Assembly (NCBI GenBank): GCA_965279035.1
Contig: OZ257142.1
Span: 1,216,001 to 1,280,000 of the forward strand
Length of the DNA stretch: 64,000 bases
Source of the DNA: Bacteroidia bacterium
GTDB lineage: Bacteria > Bacteroidota > Bacteroidia > M30B66
Direction: 5' to 3'
Below are positions 20,972-30,809 of the stretch, in pieces. A model generated the notes under the pieces. The model saw nothing but the letters and a program-made list of their open reading frames with translations, had not been told where the DNA came from and did no database searches. How positions within the stretch are numbered: position 1 is the first letter of the stretch; each line of letters starts with the position of its first letter. The translations under genes were made by a program, and so were the position numbers.

Positions 20972-21853
20972 TTAAGCACTTGCTGTTTCCGCCTCTGGTG
21001 CAATTTTCTTAACCAATCCTTGCAATACTTTCCCCGGTCCAACTTCAATAAATGTTGAAGCTCCATCAGCTGCCATTCTTCTAACAGATTGTGTCCAACG
21101 AACTGGTGCTGTTAGTTGAGCAATCAGGTTTTCACGAATAATTGTAGGATTATTTTCAGGGCTCGCACTTACATTTTGAACAACCGGACAAATCGGCTCG
21201 GAAAACTGCGTTGAGGCAATGGCTGCAGCTAATTCAGTTCGGGCTGGTTCCATCAAGGGAGAATGGAAAGCACCTCCAACTTGAAGTGGTAATGCTCTTT
21301 TTGCTCCTGCTGCTTTCATCGCTTCGCAGGCCATTTCAATTCCTTTTAAACTACCCGAAATAACAAGTTGTCCTGGACAATTATAATTCGCAGGAACGAC
21401 AATTTCGTTTTGAATACTAGCACATACTTCTTCAACAATTGCATCATCCAAACCTAATATGGCTGCCATTGTTCCTGGATTTTGCTCACAGGCAACCTGC
21501 ATAGCTGCGGCACGTTTGGCAACCAATCGTAATCCGTCTTCAAACGATAGAGTTCCATTGGCAACCAATGCCGAAAACTCACCAAGCGAATGTCCTGCAA
21601 CCATATCCGGATTAAATAAATTACCCATCATGCGAGCAACTGCAACAGAATGAAGAAAAATTGCTGGTTGAGTAACGTCTGTTCTTCTAAGTTCCTCATC
21701 CGTTCCCGAAAACATTAAATCAGTTATCCGGAACTTTAAAATTTCATTCGCTGATTCAAAAAGATCTCTGACCAATGTATGTTGATCGTATAAATCCTTT
21801 CCCATCCCAACAAATTGGGCACCTTGTCCAGGGAAAACAAATGCTTTCTTCAT
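20972..21853 (-). CDS. fabD: Malonyl-CoA-ACP transacylase
   Basis: FPGQGAQ, TQPA, GHSLGE, GAFHS, EVGPG. Confidence 0.97.
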   Translation of the reverse strand: MKKAFVFPGQGAQFVGMGKDLYDQHTLVRDLFESANEILKFRITDLMFSGTDEELRRTDVTQPAIFLHSVAVARMMGNLFNPDMVAGHSLGEFSALVANGTLSFEDGLRLVAKRAAAMQVACEQNPGTMAAILGLDDAIVEEVCASIQNEIVVPANYNCPGQLVISGSLKGIEMACEAMKAAGAKRALPLQVGGAFHSPLMEPARTELAAAIASTQFSEPICPVVQNVSASPENNPTIIRENLIAQLTAPVRWTQSVRRMAADGASTFIEVGPGKVLQGLVKKIAPEAETASA

Positions 21854-21862
21854 GCAAAATAA

Positions 21863-22723
21863 TTATTTGAATATTTTTTTTAGACGTGTTCTAAGTTGGA
21901 CTTTATCTCTCATTTGTTGAATCAAAGGCACTTTTCGCGCATCTTCCTGAGCTTTTATAAATGCCTGTCTTTTCGAAACCCATTCCTGTCCTTTTTGCTT
22001 GATTATCCATTCACCTAAACTCCAAAATTGATCACCGTCAACTTTATTCACGGTATCAATGAGTTTGATATAGCCCTTGGATTTGAAATATTTTTCAATG
22101 TCCTTTTTTATGGGTTGTCCTTTATACAAAGCAACAGCTTCAACCTCTAGCCAAATATTTTTGATTCGATTGAGTTGATTTCCGGCACCTTCTAAAACCA
22201 TCAATTCAGCACCTTGAACATCCATGTGCACAAAATCGATTTGAGGAATCGAATGTTCATTTAGGAAATCATCCAAGCGAATTGTTGGTACCGAAATCTT
22301 TTCTTTAAACTCAATCCATTTATAGGTATCGAGCGTTTTATCAGGTGCTAATAATGAACTGCTTTTATTTCCAAATTCCCAATCAAGCGACTTTTCTTTA
22401 AACTCATCTGGTCGTCCTGATGAAATATGAAAATCGGCATGACCATTTTTATTTGACAAACAAAGTTGAAACGGAGTAACCTGCTTTTCTTTTTCGTAAT
22501 GCGAAATATTGTCCTGAATAAATTTGAAATTACCCGGAATTGGTTCAAAAGTAAATACACGGCATTGAGGCAAAATCCGACTATATCGAATTGAACTTTC
22601 TCCTTCACAAGCTCCAATATCAAATATTACGATCTGATCATTTTTGTTAAATAGCTCAAGAATTTGTTGCTCCTGTAAATGGAGTTCGGGATTCTCAATG
22701 GCTTGTTTCCTGTCAAATTGCAT
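21863..22723 (-). CDS. FkbM family methyltransferase
   Basis: FDIGACEG, FEP, RLDD, IDFVHMDVQGAEL.VL.G; start at ATG 22723. Confidence 0.88.
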   Translation of the reverse strand: MQFDRKQAIENPELHLQEQQILELFNKNDQIVIFDIGACEGESSIRYSRILPQCRVFTFEPIPGNFKFIQDNISHYEKEKQVTPFQLCLSNKNGHADFHISSGRPDEFKEKSLDWEFGNKSSSLLAPDKTLDTYKWIEFKEKISVPTIRLDDFLNEHSIPQIDFVHMDVQGAELMVLEGAGNQLNRIKNIWLEVEAVALYKGQPIKKDIEKYFKSKGYIKLIDTVNKVDGDQFWSLGEWIIKQKGQEWVSKRQAFIKAQEDARKVPLIQQMRDKVQLRTRLKKIFK

Positions 22724-22870
22724 CGAATGGTGTTTAAAGCACAAACATACTTATTAGAATGTTGCTTATTCAAGGATTTTATAAAAATTGACTCAGACAC
22801 AATAAAAGGATTCTGATTGAATTTATAGTATTGCAAAATTGAATGGTTCTAATTTCGTTATTTAGCTTCT

Positions 22871-23917
22871 GTGAAGTACCCTTTCCTCTTTCTATTATTG
22901 ATATTCTTTTTTAAGGTCAATGTGTTTGCTCAAGTGGGTGGACAAAACATTTACTCATTTCTCAATCTTCCTAATTCTGCTCGAGTTCAGGCTTTGGGAG
23001 GAAGTGCAATTGCATTTAGAGATGATGATGTAAATCAAGCATATCAAAATCCGGGATTGATCAATTCATCCATGGCAAGTCGCGTTTCATTGACCTATGT
23101 AAATTATTTTGCTGGAATTAATTTCGGGAATGCGGCATATGCATTCAATGTAATAAAAGCCGGAACTGCTGCTTTAAGCATGCAATACATCAATTACGGA
23201 ACATTTGAAAGAGCTGATCAAACTGGACAAGTAACAGGACAATTTACTGCAGGTGAATATTGTTTAACAGCTGGATTTGGAAGGAAAATAGATTCTTTAT
23301 TCACAGTTGGTGTCAATTTAAAAACAATCATTTCTAATCTCGAATCATATTCCTCATTCGGAATGGCTGTCGATCTTGGAGCTTCATACATGAGTCCTGA
23401 TAAATTATTTGAAGCTTCTGTACTTATGAAAAATTTCGGATATCAATTCCATTCGTATGTTGATGGTAATCGGGAAACACTTCCATTTGAGCTTCAATTA
23501 GGCTTGTCGAAAAAGTTGAAGCACGTACCACTAAGGTTTTCATTTGTGGCTCATAATCTTGAGCAACCTATCATGTCGTATGAAGATCCGCTTAAACCAA
23601 CCCAATCTGTAGATCCATTAACAGGCGATACTGTGATCAATAAAATCGGTGTTGGGAATAAAATCCTACGTCATGCCATTTTAGGAACGGAGTTTAATAT
23701 TACCAAAGGACTATCATTTCGACTTGGATATAATTATCAACGTCGCCAAGAAATGAAGGTAGATGGGCGTTTGGGGACTGTTGGTCTCTCTTGGGGAATC
23801 GGTGTAAAAATTTACAAGTTTTCGCTTGCGTATGCACGATCTGCTTACCATCTTGCCGGTTCACCAAACCAGATTACGGTTTCGGCCAAAATATCTGAGT
23901 TTTACCGCAAGCAGTAA
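22871..23917 (+). CDS. porQ: Type IX secretion system protein PorQ
   Basis: Y.FLNLP.SAR..ALGG and NP FadL/PorV-like N-terminus; LPFELQLG.S.KL.H.P.RFS; RLGYNYQRR.E; sits upstream of cmk. Confidence 0.82.
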   Translation: MKYPFLFLLLIFFFKVNVFAQVGGQNIYSFLNLPNSARVQALGGSAIAFRDDDVNQAYQNPGLINSSMASRVSLTYVNYFAGINFGNAAYAFNVIKAGTAALSMQYINYGTFERADQTGQVTGQFTAGEYCLTAGFGRKIDSLFTVGVNLKTIISNLESYSSFGMAVDLGASYMSPDKLFEASVLMKNFGYQFHSYVDGNRETLPFELQLGLSKKLKHVPLRFSFVAHNLEQPIMSYEDPLKPTQSVDPLTGDTVINKIGVGNKILRHAILGTEFNITKGLSFRLGYNYQRRQEMKVDGRLGTVGLSWGIGVKIYKFSLAYARSAYHLAGSPNQITVSAKISEFYRKQ

Positions 23918-24612
23918 TGCCTCCTCGAAAGATTACAATTGCCATTGATGGCTACTCTTCCTGTGGAAAATCAACCATCGCTCGTGCTTTGGCTGCCAAA
24001 CTCCATTACAATTATGTTGATACTGGTGCGATGTACCGCGCAGTGACACTATATGCATTGCGAAACGGACTTATCAATGGTAAACAACTCGATGAAGACG
24101 GACTCATTGACGAACTAGATCAAGTCAATATTCAATTCCTTTTCAATACTGAAACTCAGGCTTCCGAAATTTTGCTAAACAATGAAAATGTAGAGCAATT
24201 CATTCGTCAAATGGATGTTAACGACTGGGTAAGCCAAGTGAGTGCAGTTGGTGAAGTTCGAAGGAAAATGGTCAAGATTCAGCAAGAACTTGGCAAAGGA
24301 AAAGGGATTGCCATGGATGGACGTGATATTGGAACCACTGTATTTCCCGATGCTGAATTGAAAATCTTTATGACAGCAGATACGGATATTCGTACTCAAC
24401 GACGAGTTGACGAAATGGAGACAAAGGGAATGGCTGCAAGTTTTGAAATAGTGAAAGACAATCTTTTACAAAGAGATTTGGAGGACATGAGCCGCATCGA
24501 AAGCCCTCTTCGGAAAGCGGATGATGCGATAGTTTTAGATAATTCAACACTAACGCGTGAAGAACAATTGAACTTTGTTTTGGATCTCGTTGATAAAATC
24601 ATCAATAAATAA
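23917..24612 (+). CDS. cmk: Cytidylate kinase
   Basis: IAIDGYSSCGKST, DTGAMYR, DGRDIGT.VFPDA.LK. Confidence 0.96.
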   Translation: MPPRKITIAIDGYSSCGKSTIARALAAKLHYNYVDTGAMYRAVTLYALRNGLINGKQLDEDGLIDELDQVNIQFLFNTETQASEILLNNENVEQFIRQMDVNDWVSQVSAVGEVRRKMVKIQQELGKGKGIAMDGRDIGTTVFPDAELKIFMTADTDIRTQRRVDEMETKGMAASFEIVKDNLLQRDLEDMSRIESPLRKADDAIVLDNSTLTREEQLNFVLDLVDKIINK

Positions 24613-24682
24613 TTCCTTCAGATTCTAATTTTAAACACTTGATTTTGAAGATTGAAGCTTTAATATTCTCTAAATTTGCCCG

Positions 24683-25561
24683 ATGAACGTTACAATCGAT
24701 GCGAATTCCGGTTTTTGTTTTGGAGTCGTTTATGCCATACAAATGGCTGAGGACGAGCTCAATGCTAATGGAGAGCTTTTTTGCTTAGGTGATATTGTTC
24801 ACAATAATATGGAGGTCGAAAGGCTCGAACGGAAAGGACTAAAGATTATAGATCACGACCAATTACGTTCTTTACACAATACCAAAGTCCTTATTCGGGC
24901 TCATGGAGAACCGCCTGAAACCTATAAAATTGCCATTGAAAACAATATTGAATTGATTGATGCTTCTTGTCCTGTTGTTTTGAAACTTCAAAATCGCATA
25001 CGAAATGGCTTTGAACATTTAGGAAATGGTCAAATTGTGGTGTATGGTAAAGAAGGTCATGCTGAAGTGAATGGACTCGTTGGACAAACAAAAGGGAATG
25101 CAATCATTGCCAATTCCATTGAAGATTTAGATCAAATAGATTATACAAGACCAATTCAATTCTTTTCTCAAACAACGCAACCTACCGAAGGTTTCAAAGG
25201 AATGAGAGATGAAATTATTCGTCGAATTCAAGCGGCTGGCAAGGATGAAAATTTATTTTTTGAATCGAATGATACGCTTTGCCGACAAGTATCCAACCGG
25301 GAACCCCAATTGATAGAATTTGCAAAGGCTCACGATGTGATCTTATTTGTAAGTGGTAAGAAAAGTTCTAATGGAAAAGTCTTATACGATGTATGTAAGG
25401 CTGTAAATCCTAATTCCTATTTTATTTCTGTTTGGGATGAAGTAGATACATCATGGCTAATCAATGCTAAAAATGTTGGAATCTGTGGCGCCACCTCAAC
25501 TCCCATGTGGCTTATGGAAGATATCGCTTCTCAAATAAATTCTCACGTTTCCTTGGTTTAA
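24683..25561 (+). CDS. ispH: 4-hydroxy-3-methylbut-2-enyl diphosphate reductase
   Basis: GFCFGV, IVHN, RAHG, DASCP, HAEV.G, DTLC, SSN, GATSTP. Confidence 0.96.
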   Translation: MNVTIDANSGFCFGVVYAIQMAEDELNANGELFCLGDIVHNNMEVERLERKGLKIIDHDQLRSLHNTKVLIRAHGEPPETYKIAIENNIELIDASCPVVLKLQNRIRNGFEHLGNGQIVVYGKEGHAEVNGLVGQTKGNAIIANSIEDLDQIDYTRPIQFFSQTTQPTEGFKGMRDEIIRRIQAAGKDENLFFESNDTLCRQVSNREPQLIEFAKAHDVILFVSGKKSSNGKVLYDVCKAVNPNSYFISVWDEVDTSWLINAKNVGICGATSTPMWLMEDIASQINSHVSLV

Positions 25562-25698
25562 TAATTCTATACTGATTCAATTTATTGATTCATTTACTAT
25601 TAGAAGAATAGGAGTATTTATTTTGAATTAAATCAAACTCCTAAGAATTGTCTGCAACATTTTATTCATAGTTGGGTATACATCTTACCCAACTCACA

Positions 25699-27099
25699 AT
25701 GAAAAATAGAATTAGAACTATCCTTCAATCTCTTAAGAAGGAATCTGTTTATTTAGAAATTCAGAATACGGAGGTATTAGAAAAACAACGTTTTGTTGTA
25801 TTTCGAATTTTTACTGTTATAGCCATTTTAGTATGTATTAGCGTTGCTTCAAAAATGTTACTTACGCTATCAACCATAAATTGGCTTCCATTCACCATAC
25901 TATTCCTTGGACTCATCATCCTAGTTAATTATTTGTTCATCCAAAAGGCCGATCAGCTTAGGATGGCTTATGTTATTATGATGATTTCTTGCTTTGGATT
26001 GCTACACCTAGTTTCTTACACATGCGGCGGTATTCGAACGGGTGGTACTTTTTTTATGTCGGCAGTTATTATCTATTCTTTCATGCTCTTAGGAAATAAG
26101 GGCGGCTGGTTGATGAGTATTGCTTGTGGAATACATATTCTCTTTTTATTTTTTATTTCAACCTATACGAATCTTACTTCATTTTCACTTTTTCAAGATC
26201 GGATTGATTTAATCAATGAAGATTTCTTAGTCAATATTCTACTTTCTTTTGCCATGATTTCGGCTCTTAGCAGCTATTTGCAGAGTGGAAGAAATGTAGT
26301 TATTCAACGTATTTTAAATTCTCAAAAAGAATTAGAATTAATAAATAACCAATTGAGATTAAATAATTTGGCTCTCGAAAAAAAGAATGCCGAATTAGAC
26401 AAATTTGCATCTGTTGCAGCGCATGATTTACGTTCTCCTTTAAGAGCAATTGGTTCATTAACCGATATGATTTTAGAAGATGATCAATCACTTTGTTTTG
26501 ATACCCACGAAAAGCTTAAAATAATTCATGGGCGTGTTCATCGAATGGATCATCTATTAAGTGCATTGCTTGAATATTCTCGCGTTGATCGTAAAATGAA
26601 CGAGATGGCCAATGTAGATCTCAATGTCTTACTTGTTGGTTTATTAGCAAAACATTCGGCATATAAAAAAGTGAAGTTTACTATTCAACAAAATTTACCA
26701 TTTATTTATACTGCCCCCATTAAACTTGAAAAAGTACTCGATATTCTCATCGAAAATGCTGTTAAATTCAATGATAAAATAGAAGCTGAAGTTTCAATAT
26801 CTGTTGAGCAAGAAAATAAAGAATGGAAAATTTCTGTTAAAGACAATGGACCTGGGATAGATCCGCTATTTCATGATAAAATATTTATCATTTTTCAGAC
26901 ATTAGAAGCACGTGATAAAATTGAAAGTTCGGGAGCAGGTTTAGCGATTGCTAAAAAATTGATAGAAGAAAATGGTGGAAAGATTGAAGTGGATTCAAAT
27001 CTAGGAAAGGGCGCAATTTTCAGCTTTCATTGGAAAGCTGATATAGAATATAAAACCAGTGTAAAAAGTCTGGTGAATGATTGGGCTAGAACTGCCTGA
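25699..27099 (+). CDS. Membrane-bound sensor histidine kinase (orphan)
   Basis: Several N-terminal TM segments, coiled coil, H-box AAHDLRSPL, ENAVKF, DNGPGI, IF.IFQTL, GAGLAIAKK; start uncertain (ATG 25699). Confidence 0.9.
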   Translation: MKNRIRTILQSLKKESVYLEIQNTEVLEKQRFVVFRIFTVIAILVCISVASKMLLTLSTINWLPFTILFLGLIILVNYLFIQKADQLRMAYVIMMISCFGLLHLVSYTCGGIRTGGTFFMSAVIIYSFMLLGNKGGWLMSIACGIHILFLFFISTYTNLTSFSLFQDRIDLINEDFLVNILLSFAMISALSSYLQSGRNVVIQRILNSQKELELINNQLRLNNLALEKKNAELDKFASVAAHDLRSPLRAIGSLTDMILEDDQSLCFDTHEKLKIIHGRVHRMDHLLSALLEYSRVDRKMNEMANVDLNVLLVGLLAKHSAYKKVKFTIQQNLPFIYTAPIKLEKVLDILIENAVKFNDKIEAEVSISVEQENKEWKISVKDNGPGIDPLFHDKIFIIFQTLEARDKIESSGAGLAIAKKLIEENGGKIEVDSNLGKGAIFSFHWKADIEYKTSVKSLVNDWARTA

Positions 27100-27164
27100 T
27101 TATAAAACTGGTTCTCCCGAAAATATTTTTCTATTTCAACTGAAAATCAAATAATTTATTTATC

Positions 27165-27240
27165 TACCTTTGCAGCCCTTCGAAAATCGAGGGTGATGCA
27201 TTGAGCATCAGTTCTTTTAACCTTTTTAATTATTGACTTA
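27165..27240 (+). promoter_or_regulatory. rpsA promoter -7 element and structured 5' leader
   Basis: TACCTTTG at 27165-27172, hairpins at 27176-27193 and 27194-27210, then a U-rich tract to the ATG. Confidence 0.6.
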
Positions 27241-29136
27241 ATGTCAGAAATCAATCAGGACACACCAGAAACTACTGCTGCTGCAGAAGTAACTGAAACG
27301 TCCAAAGCCACAAAAGCTCCAGTTGCAGCCATTTCTAATCTAGATTTCGATTGGGACTCAGTGGGTAAAAAATCAAGTAACTACAGCAAAGCCGAGCGCG
27401 AGCGCATGGAATCGTTGTACGAAAAATCACTTAGCTCTATTACAGAACATGAAGTGGTTGATGGCGTAATTGTCGCCCTTACTTCAAAAGATGCCGTTGT
27501 AAATATCGGGTACAAATCCGATGGTATCGTTGCGCTTTCAGAACTTCGTTATGATCCAGATTTTAAAATTGGAGATCATCTTGAAGTGTATATCGAATCT
27601 AAGGAAGATAAAAACGGACAGTTACTTCTTTCTCATAAAAAAGCACGTTCTCTTAAATCTTGGGATCGTGTGAATTCGGCTCTTGAAAATGATGAAATCA
27701 TCAAAGGATATGTGAAATGCCGCACAAAAGGTGGACTTATCGTTGATGTTTTTGGAATTGAAGCTTTCCTTCCAGGTTCTCAAATTGATGTGAAGCCAAT
27801 TCGTGATTACGACGTTTACGTTGGTAAATCCATGGAATTCAAAGTGGTGAAAATCAACAAAGAATTCAAAAACGTTGTCGTTTCTCACAAAGCATTGATT
27901 GAAGAAGAACTCGAAGCTCAAAAAGCAGAGATTATTTCTAAATTGGAAAAAGGTCAAGTACTTGAAGGTACTGTGAAAAACATCACTTCATACGGTGTAT
28001 TTGTTGACCTTGGTGGTGTTGATGGATTAATCCACATTACAGACTTAAGTTGGGGTCGTATCAATCATCCTGAAGAAATCGTTAAACTCGATGAGAAAAT
28101 TCAGGTTGTTATTCTTGACTTTGATGAAGGCAAAAAACGCATCGCTCTTGGCTTGAAACAATTGACTTCACATCCTTGGGATAAAGTGGATGCAAACCTC
28201 AATGTAGGTGATAAAGTAAAAGGAAAAGTTGTTGTTCTAGCTGATTATGGTGCTTTTGTAGAAATTGAACCAGGATTTGAAGGTCTAGTTCACGTTTCTG
28301 AAATGTCATGGTCACAACATTTACGTTCAGCTCAAGATTTCTTGAAAGTTGGTGATGAAGTAGAATGCATCATTTTGAGTCTTGATCGTGAAGAACGTAA
28401 AATGTCATTGGGTATTAAACAATTAATGCCTGATCCTTGGGCTGATATTGAAACGAAATATCCTGTGAATTCGAAACATTCTGCTAAAGTTCGCAATTTC
28501 ACCAACTTCGGTGTATTTGTAGAATTGGAAGAAGGTGTTGATGGATTAATTCACATTTCGGATCTAAGCTGGAGCAAGAAAATTAAGCATCCAAGTGAGT
28601 TCACTAAAATTGGTGAAGACATCGATGTAGTAGTTCTTGATACAGACAAAGAAAACCGTCGTTTAAGCCTTGGTCATAAGCAATTGGAAGAAAATCCTTG
28701 GGATGTTTTTGAAACAATCTTCACCGAAGGTTCAGTTCATCAAGGTACAATCACTGCATTGAACGATAAAGGTGGTGTAGTTTCTCTACCTTATGGTGTA
28801 GAAGGTTTTGCTCCAAACAAACACTTAACTAAAGCCGATGGAACTATTGCGAAAGCAGAAGATACACTTGACTTTAAAGTGATTGAATTCGCTAAAGACA
28901 GCAAAAAAATCATCGTTTCTCATGCTCGTACTCACGAGGAAGAAAAAGCTGCTTCACCTCATGTGAAAGAAAGCGATTCGAAAGAGAAAAGTGCAGATGA
29001 TTCTAAAAAAGCATCTCGTAAAGTGAAAGACAATGTTGAGAAATCTACGTTGGGTGATCTTGATGTTCTTGCTAATTTGAAATCTGATCTTGAACAAAGC
29101 GAGAAAAAAGCCGCTGCTAAAAAATCAAAAGGCTAA
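27241..29136 (+). CDS. rpsA: 30S ribosomal protein S1
   Basis: Six S1 repeats (AFLPGSQID, YGVFVDLGGVDGLIHITDLSW, FGVFVELEEGVDGLIHISDLSW); C-terminal TLGD. Confidence 0.98.
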   Translation: MSEINQDTPETTAAAEVTETSKATKAPVAAISNLDFDWDSVGKKSSNYSKAERERMESLYEKSLSSITEHEVVDGVIVALTSKDAVVNIGYKSDGIVALSELRYDPDFKIGDHLEVYIESKEDKNGQLLLSHKKARSLKSWDRVNSALENDEIIKGYVKCRTKGGLIVDVFGIEAFLPGSQIDVKPIRDYDVYVGKSMEFKVVKINKEFKNVVVSHKALIEEELEAQKAEIISKLEKGQVLEGTVKNITSYGVFVDLGGVDGLIHITDLSWGRINHPEEIVKLDEKIQVVILDFDEGKKRIALGLKQLTSHPWDKVDANLNVGDKVKGKVVVLADYGAFVEIEPGFEGLVHVSEMSWSQHLRSAQDFLKVGDEVECIILSLDREERKMSLGIKQLMPDPWADIETKYPVNSKHSAKVRNFTNFGVFVELEEGVDGLIHISDLSWSKKIKHPSEFTKIGEDIDVVVLDTDKENRRLSLGHKQLEENPWDVFETIFTEGSVHQGTITALNDKGGVVSLPYGVEGFAPNKHLTKADGTIAKAEDTLDFKVIEFAKDSKKIIVSHARTHEEEKAASPHVKESDSKEKSADDSKKASRKVKDNVEKSTLGDLDVLANLKSDLEQSEKKAAAKKSKG

Positions 29137-29157
29137 TTCTTAAATAATTCAACTCTT

Positions 29158-29191
29158 AAACGCCCATCTGCATAGGATGGGCGTTTTTTTT
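29158..29191 (+). terminator. Intrinsic terminator of rpsA
   Basis: AAACGCCCATC-loop-GATGGGCGTTT followed by a T run. Confidence 0.9.
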
Positions 29192-29263
29192 ATGCTTAAT
29201 CGTATTTTTTTACCCTGAATCTCCAGCTAGAATACTTATATATTTGCCTCAAGTAGTTTTTGC

Positions 29264-29800
29264 ATGCAGCCACGGATCATTTTTGATCATAATCAATTTC
29301 AGCTTACTCTCAAACGCTTGTGTTATCAGCTTATCGAGAATCACAACGACTTTGAAAATACAGTTATCGTTGGATTGCAACCACGAGGTGTCCTTCTTTC
29401 TCGATGCATTCATAATGAACTTAAACTACTTCTTGGGACTTCAATCGTTTATGGAGAATTGGATACAACCTTCTTTCGTGACGATTTTCGGATGAAACCT
29501 TTAGTACCCAATACTACTTCAATGAATTTTGATGTAGAAGGGAAAAAAGTAATATTGATTGATGATGTACTTTTTACTGGACGATCCATTCGTGCTGCTT
29601 TAGACGCACTTCAACATTTTGGTCGTCCTGCCATTGTTGAATTACTGGTATTGGTCAATCGTAGATTAAGCCGTCATGTTCCTGTTCAACCAGATTATAC
29701 TGGAATTACAGTTGATGCCATCTTCTCCGAACAGGTAGTGCTCAACTGGAGTTTGGATGATACAATTGCTGAGGTTTTATTAAAAAATAAGGAATCCTAA
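29264..29800 (+). CDS. pyrR: PyrR (pyr regulator / uracil phosphoribosyltransferase)
   Basis: LD.TFFRDD, PRPP loop ILIDDVLFTGRSIRAALDAL, P.QPDY.G; upstream of pyrB. Confidence 0.92.
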   Translation: MQPRIIFDHNQFQLTLKRLCYQLIENHNDFENTVIVGLQPRGVLLSRCIHNELKLLLGTSIVYGELDTTFFRDDFRMKPLVPNTTSMNFDVEGKKVILIDDVLFTGRSIRAALDALQHFGRPAIVELLVLVNRRLSRHVPVQPDYTGITVDAIFSEQVVLNWSLDDTIAEVLLKNKES

Positions 29801-29802
29801 TC

Positions 29803-30723
29803 ATGCTGAGTGTTCGCCATTTGCTTGGAATCAAATATCTTCAGAAGGAAGACATAGAACTTATCCTCCATACGGCAGACAATTTTCTTGATGTAATCAA
29901 TCGTCCAATAAAAAAAGTTCCCTCTTTACGCGACATCACAATTGTCAATCTATTTTTTGAAAATTCTACTAGAACACGATTGTCATTTGAATTAGCAGAA
30001 AAAAGACTTTCTGCTGATGTTATAAATTTTAGTGCATCATCCTCTTCTGTTAGCAAAGGTGAAACGCTTGTCGATACAGTCAATAACATACTTGCCATGA
30101 AAGTAGACATGGTGGTTATGCGACATCCGAAAGCAGGAGCTGCTCATTTTCTTTCTCAAAAAATTAATGCTAAAATCATTAATGCTGGTGATGGTGCCCA
30201 CGAACATCCAACACAGGCCTTGCTTGATGCATTTTCAATACGTCGAAAATTAGGATCTCTTGAAGGGAAAAAAGTTGCTATCATAGGCGATATACTCCAC
30301 TCGAGAGTAGCCTTATCTAATATTTTCTGTTTGAAAAAAATGGGTGCTGAAGTCATTGTGTGTGGCCCACCAACATTAATTCCTCGAGATATAGAATCTT
30401 TAGGTGTTCGTGTAGAAACCAATCTTAAAAAAGCGCTCGATTGGTGCGATGTAGCTAATATGCTTCGTATTCAATTAGAACGTCAGGATATCAATTATTT
30501 TCCTTCTTTGAGAGAATATGCCATGTTATATGGTTTGAATAAAGAGCTCCTAAATAACCTAAATAAAGAAATTGTTATTATGCATCCTGGTCCAATAAAT
30601 CGGGGTGTGGAAATTACATCTGAAGTCGCCGATAGTTCGCATTCCATTATTCTTCAGCAAGTTGAAAACGGTGTTGCGATCCGAATGGCGGCTCTTTATC
30701 TACTAGCAAATCGACCCGATTAA
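29803..30723 (+). CDS. pyrB: Aspartate carbamoyltransferase catalytic subunit
   Basis: FFENSTRTR, KGETL.DT, NAGDG.HEHPTQ, HSRV, MHPGPINRG. Confidence 0.97.
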   Translation: MLSVRHLLGIKYLQKEDIELILHTADNFLDVINRPIKKVPSLRDITIVNLFFENSTRTRLSFELAEKRLSADVINFSASSSSVSKGETLVDTVNNILAMKVDMVVMRHPKAGAAHFLSQKINAKIINAGDGAHEHPTQALLDAFSIRRKLGSLEGKKVAIIGDILHSRVALSNIFCLKKMGAEVIVCGPPTLIPRDIESLGVRVETNLKKALDWCDVANMLRIQLERQDINYFPSLREYAMLYGLNKELLNNLNKEIVIMHPGPINRGVEITSEVADSSHSIILQQVENGVAIRMAALYLLANRPD

Positions 30724-30809
30724 ACTTGTTTTGAATTTCATTTTTGGAATTCGATCAACCGTTGCGGCATTCAATCCTTTTACGTAGGTTTGAACAAATG
30801 TTATTGAGT

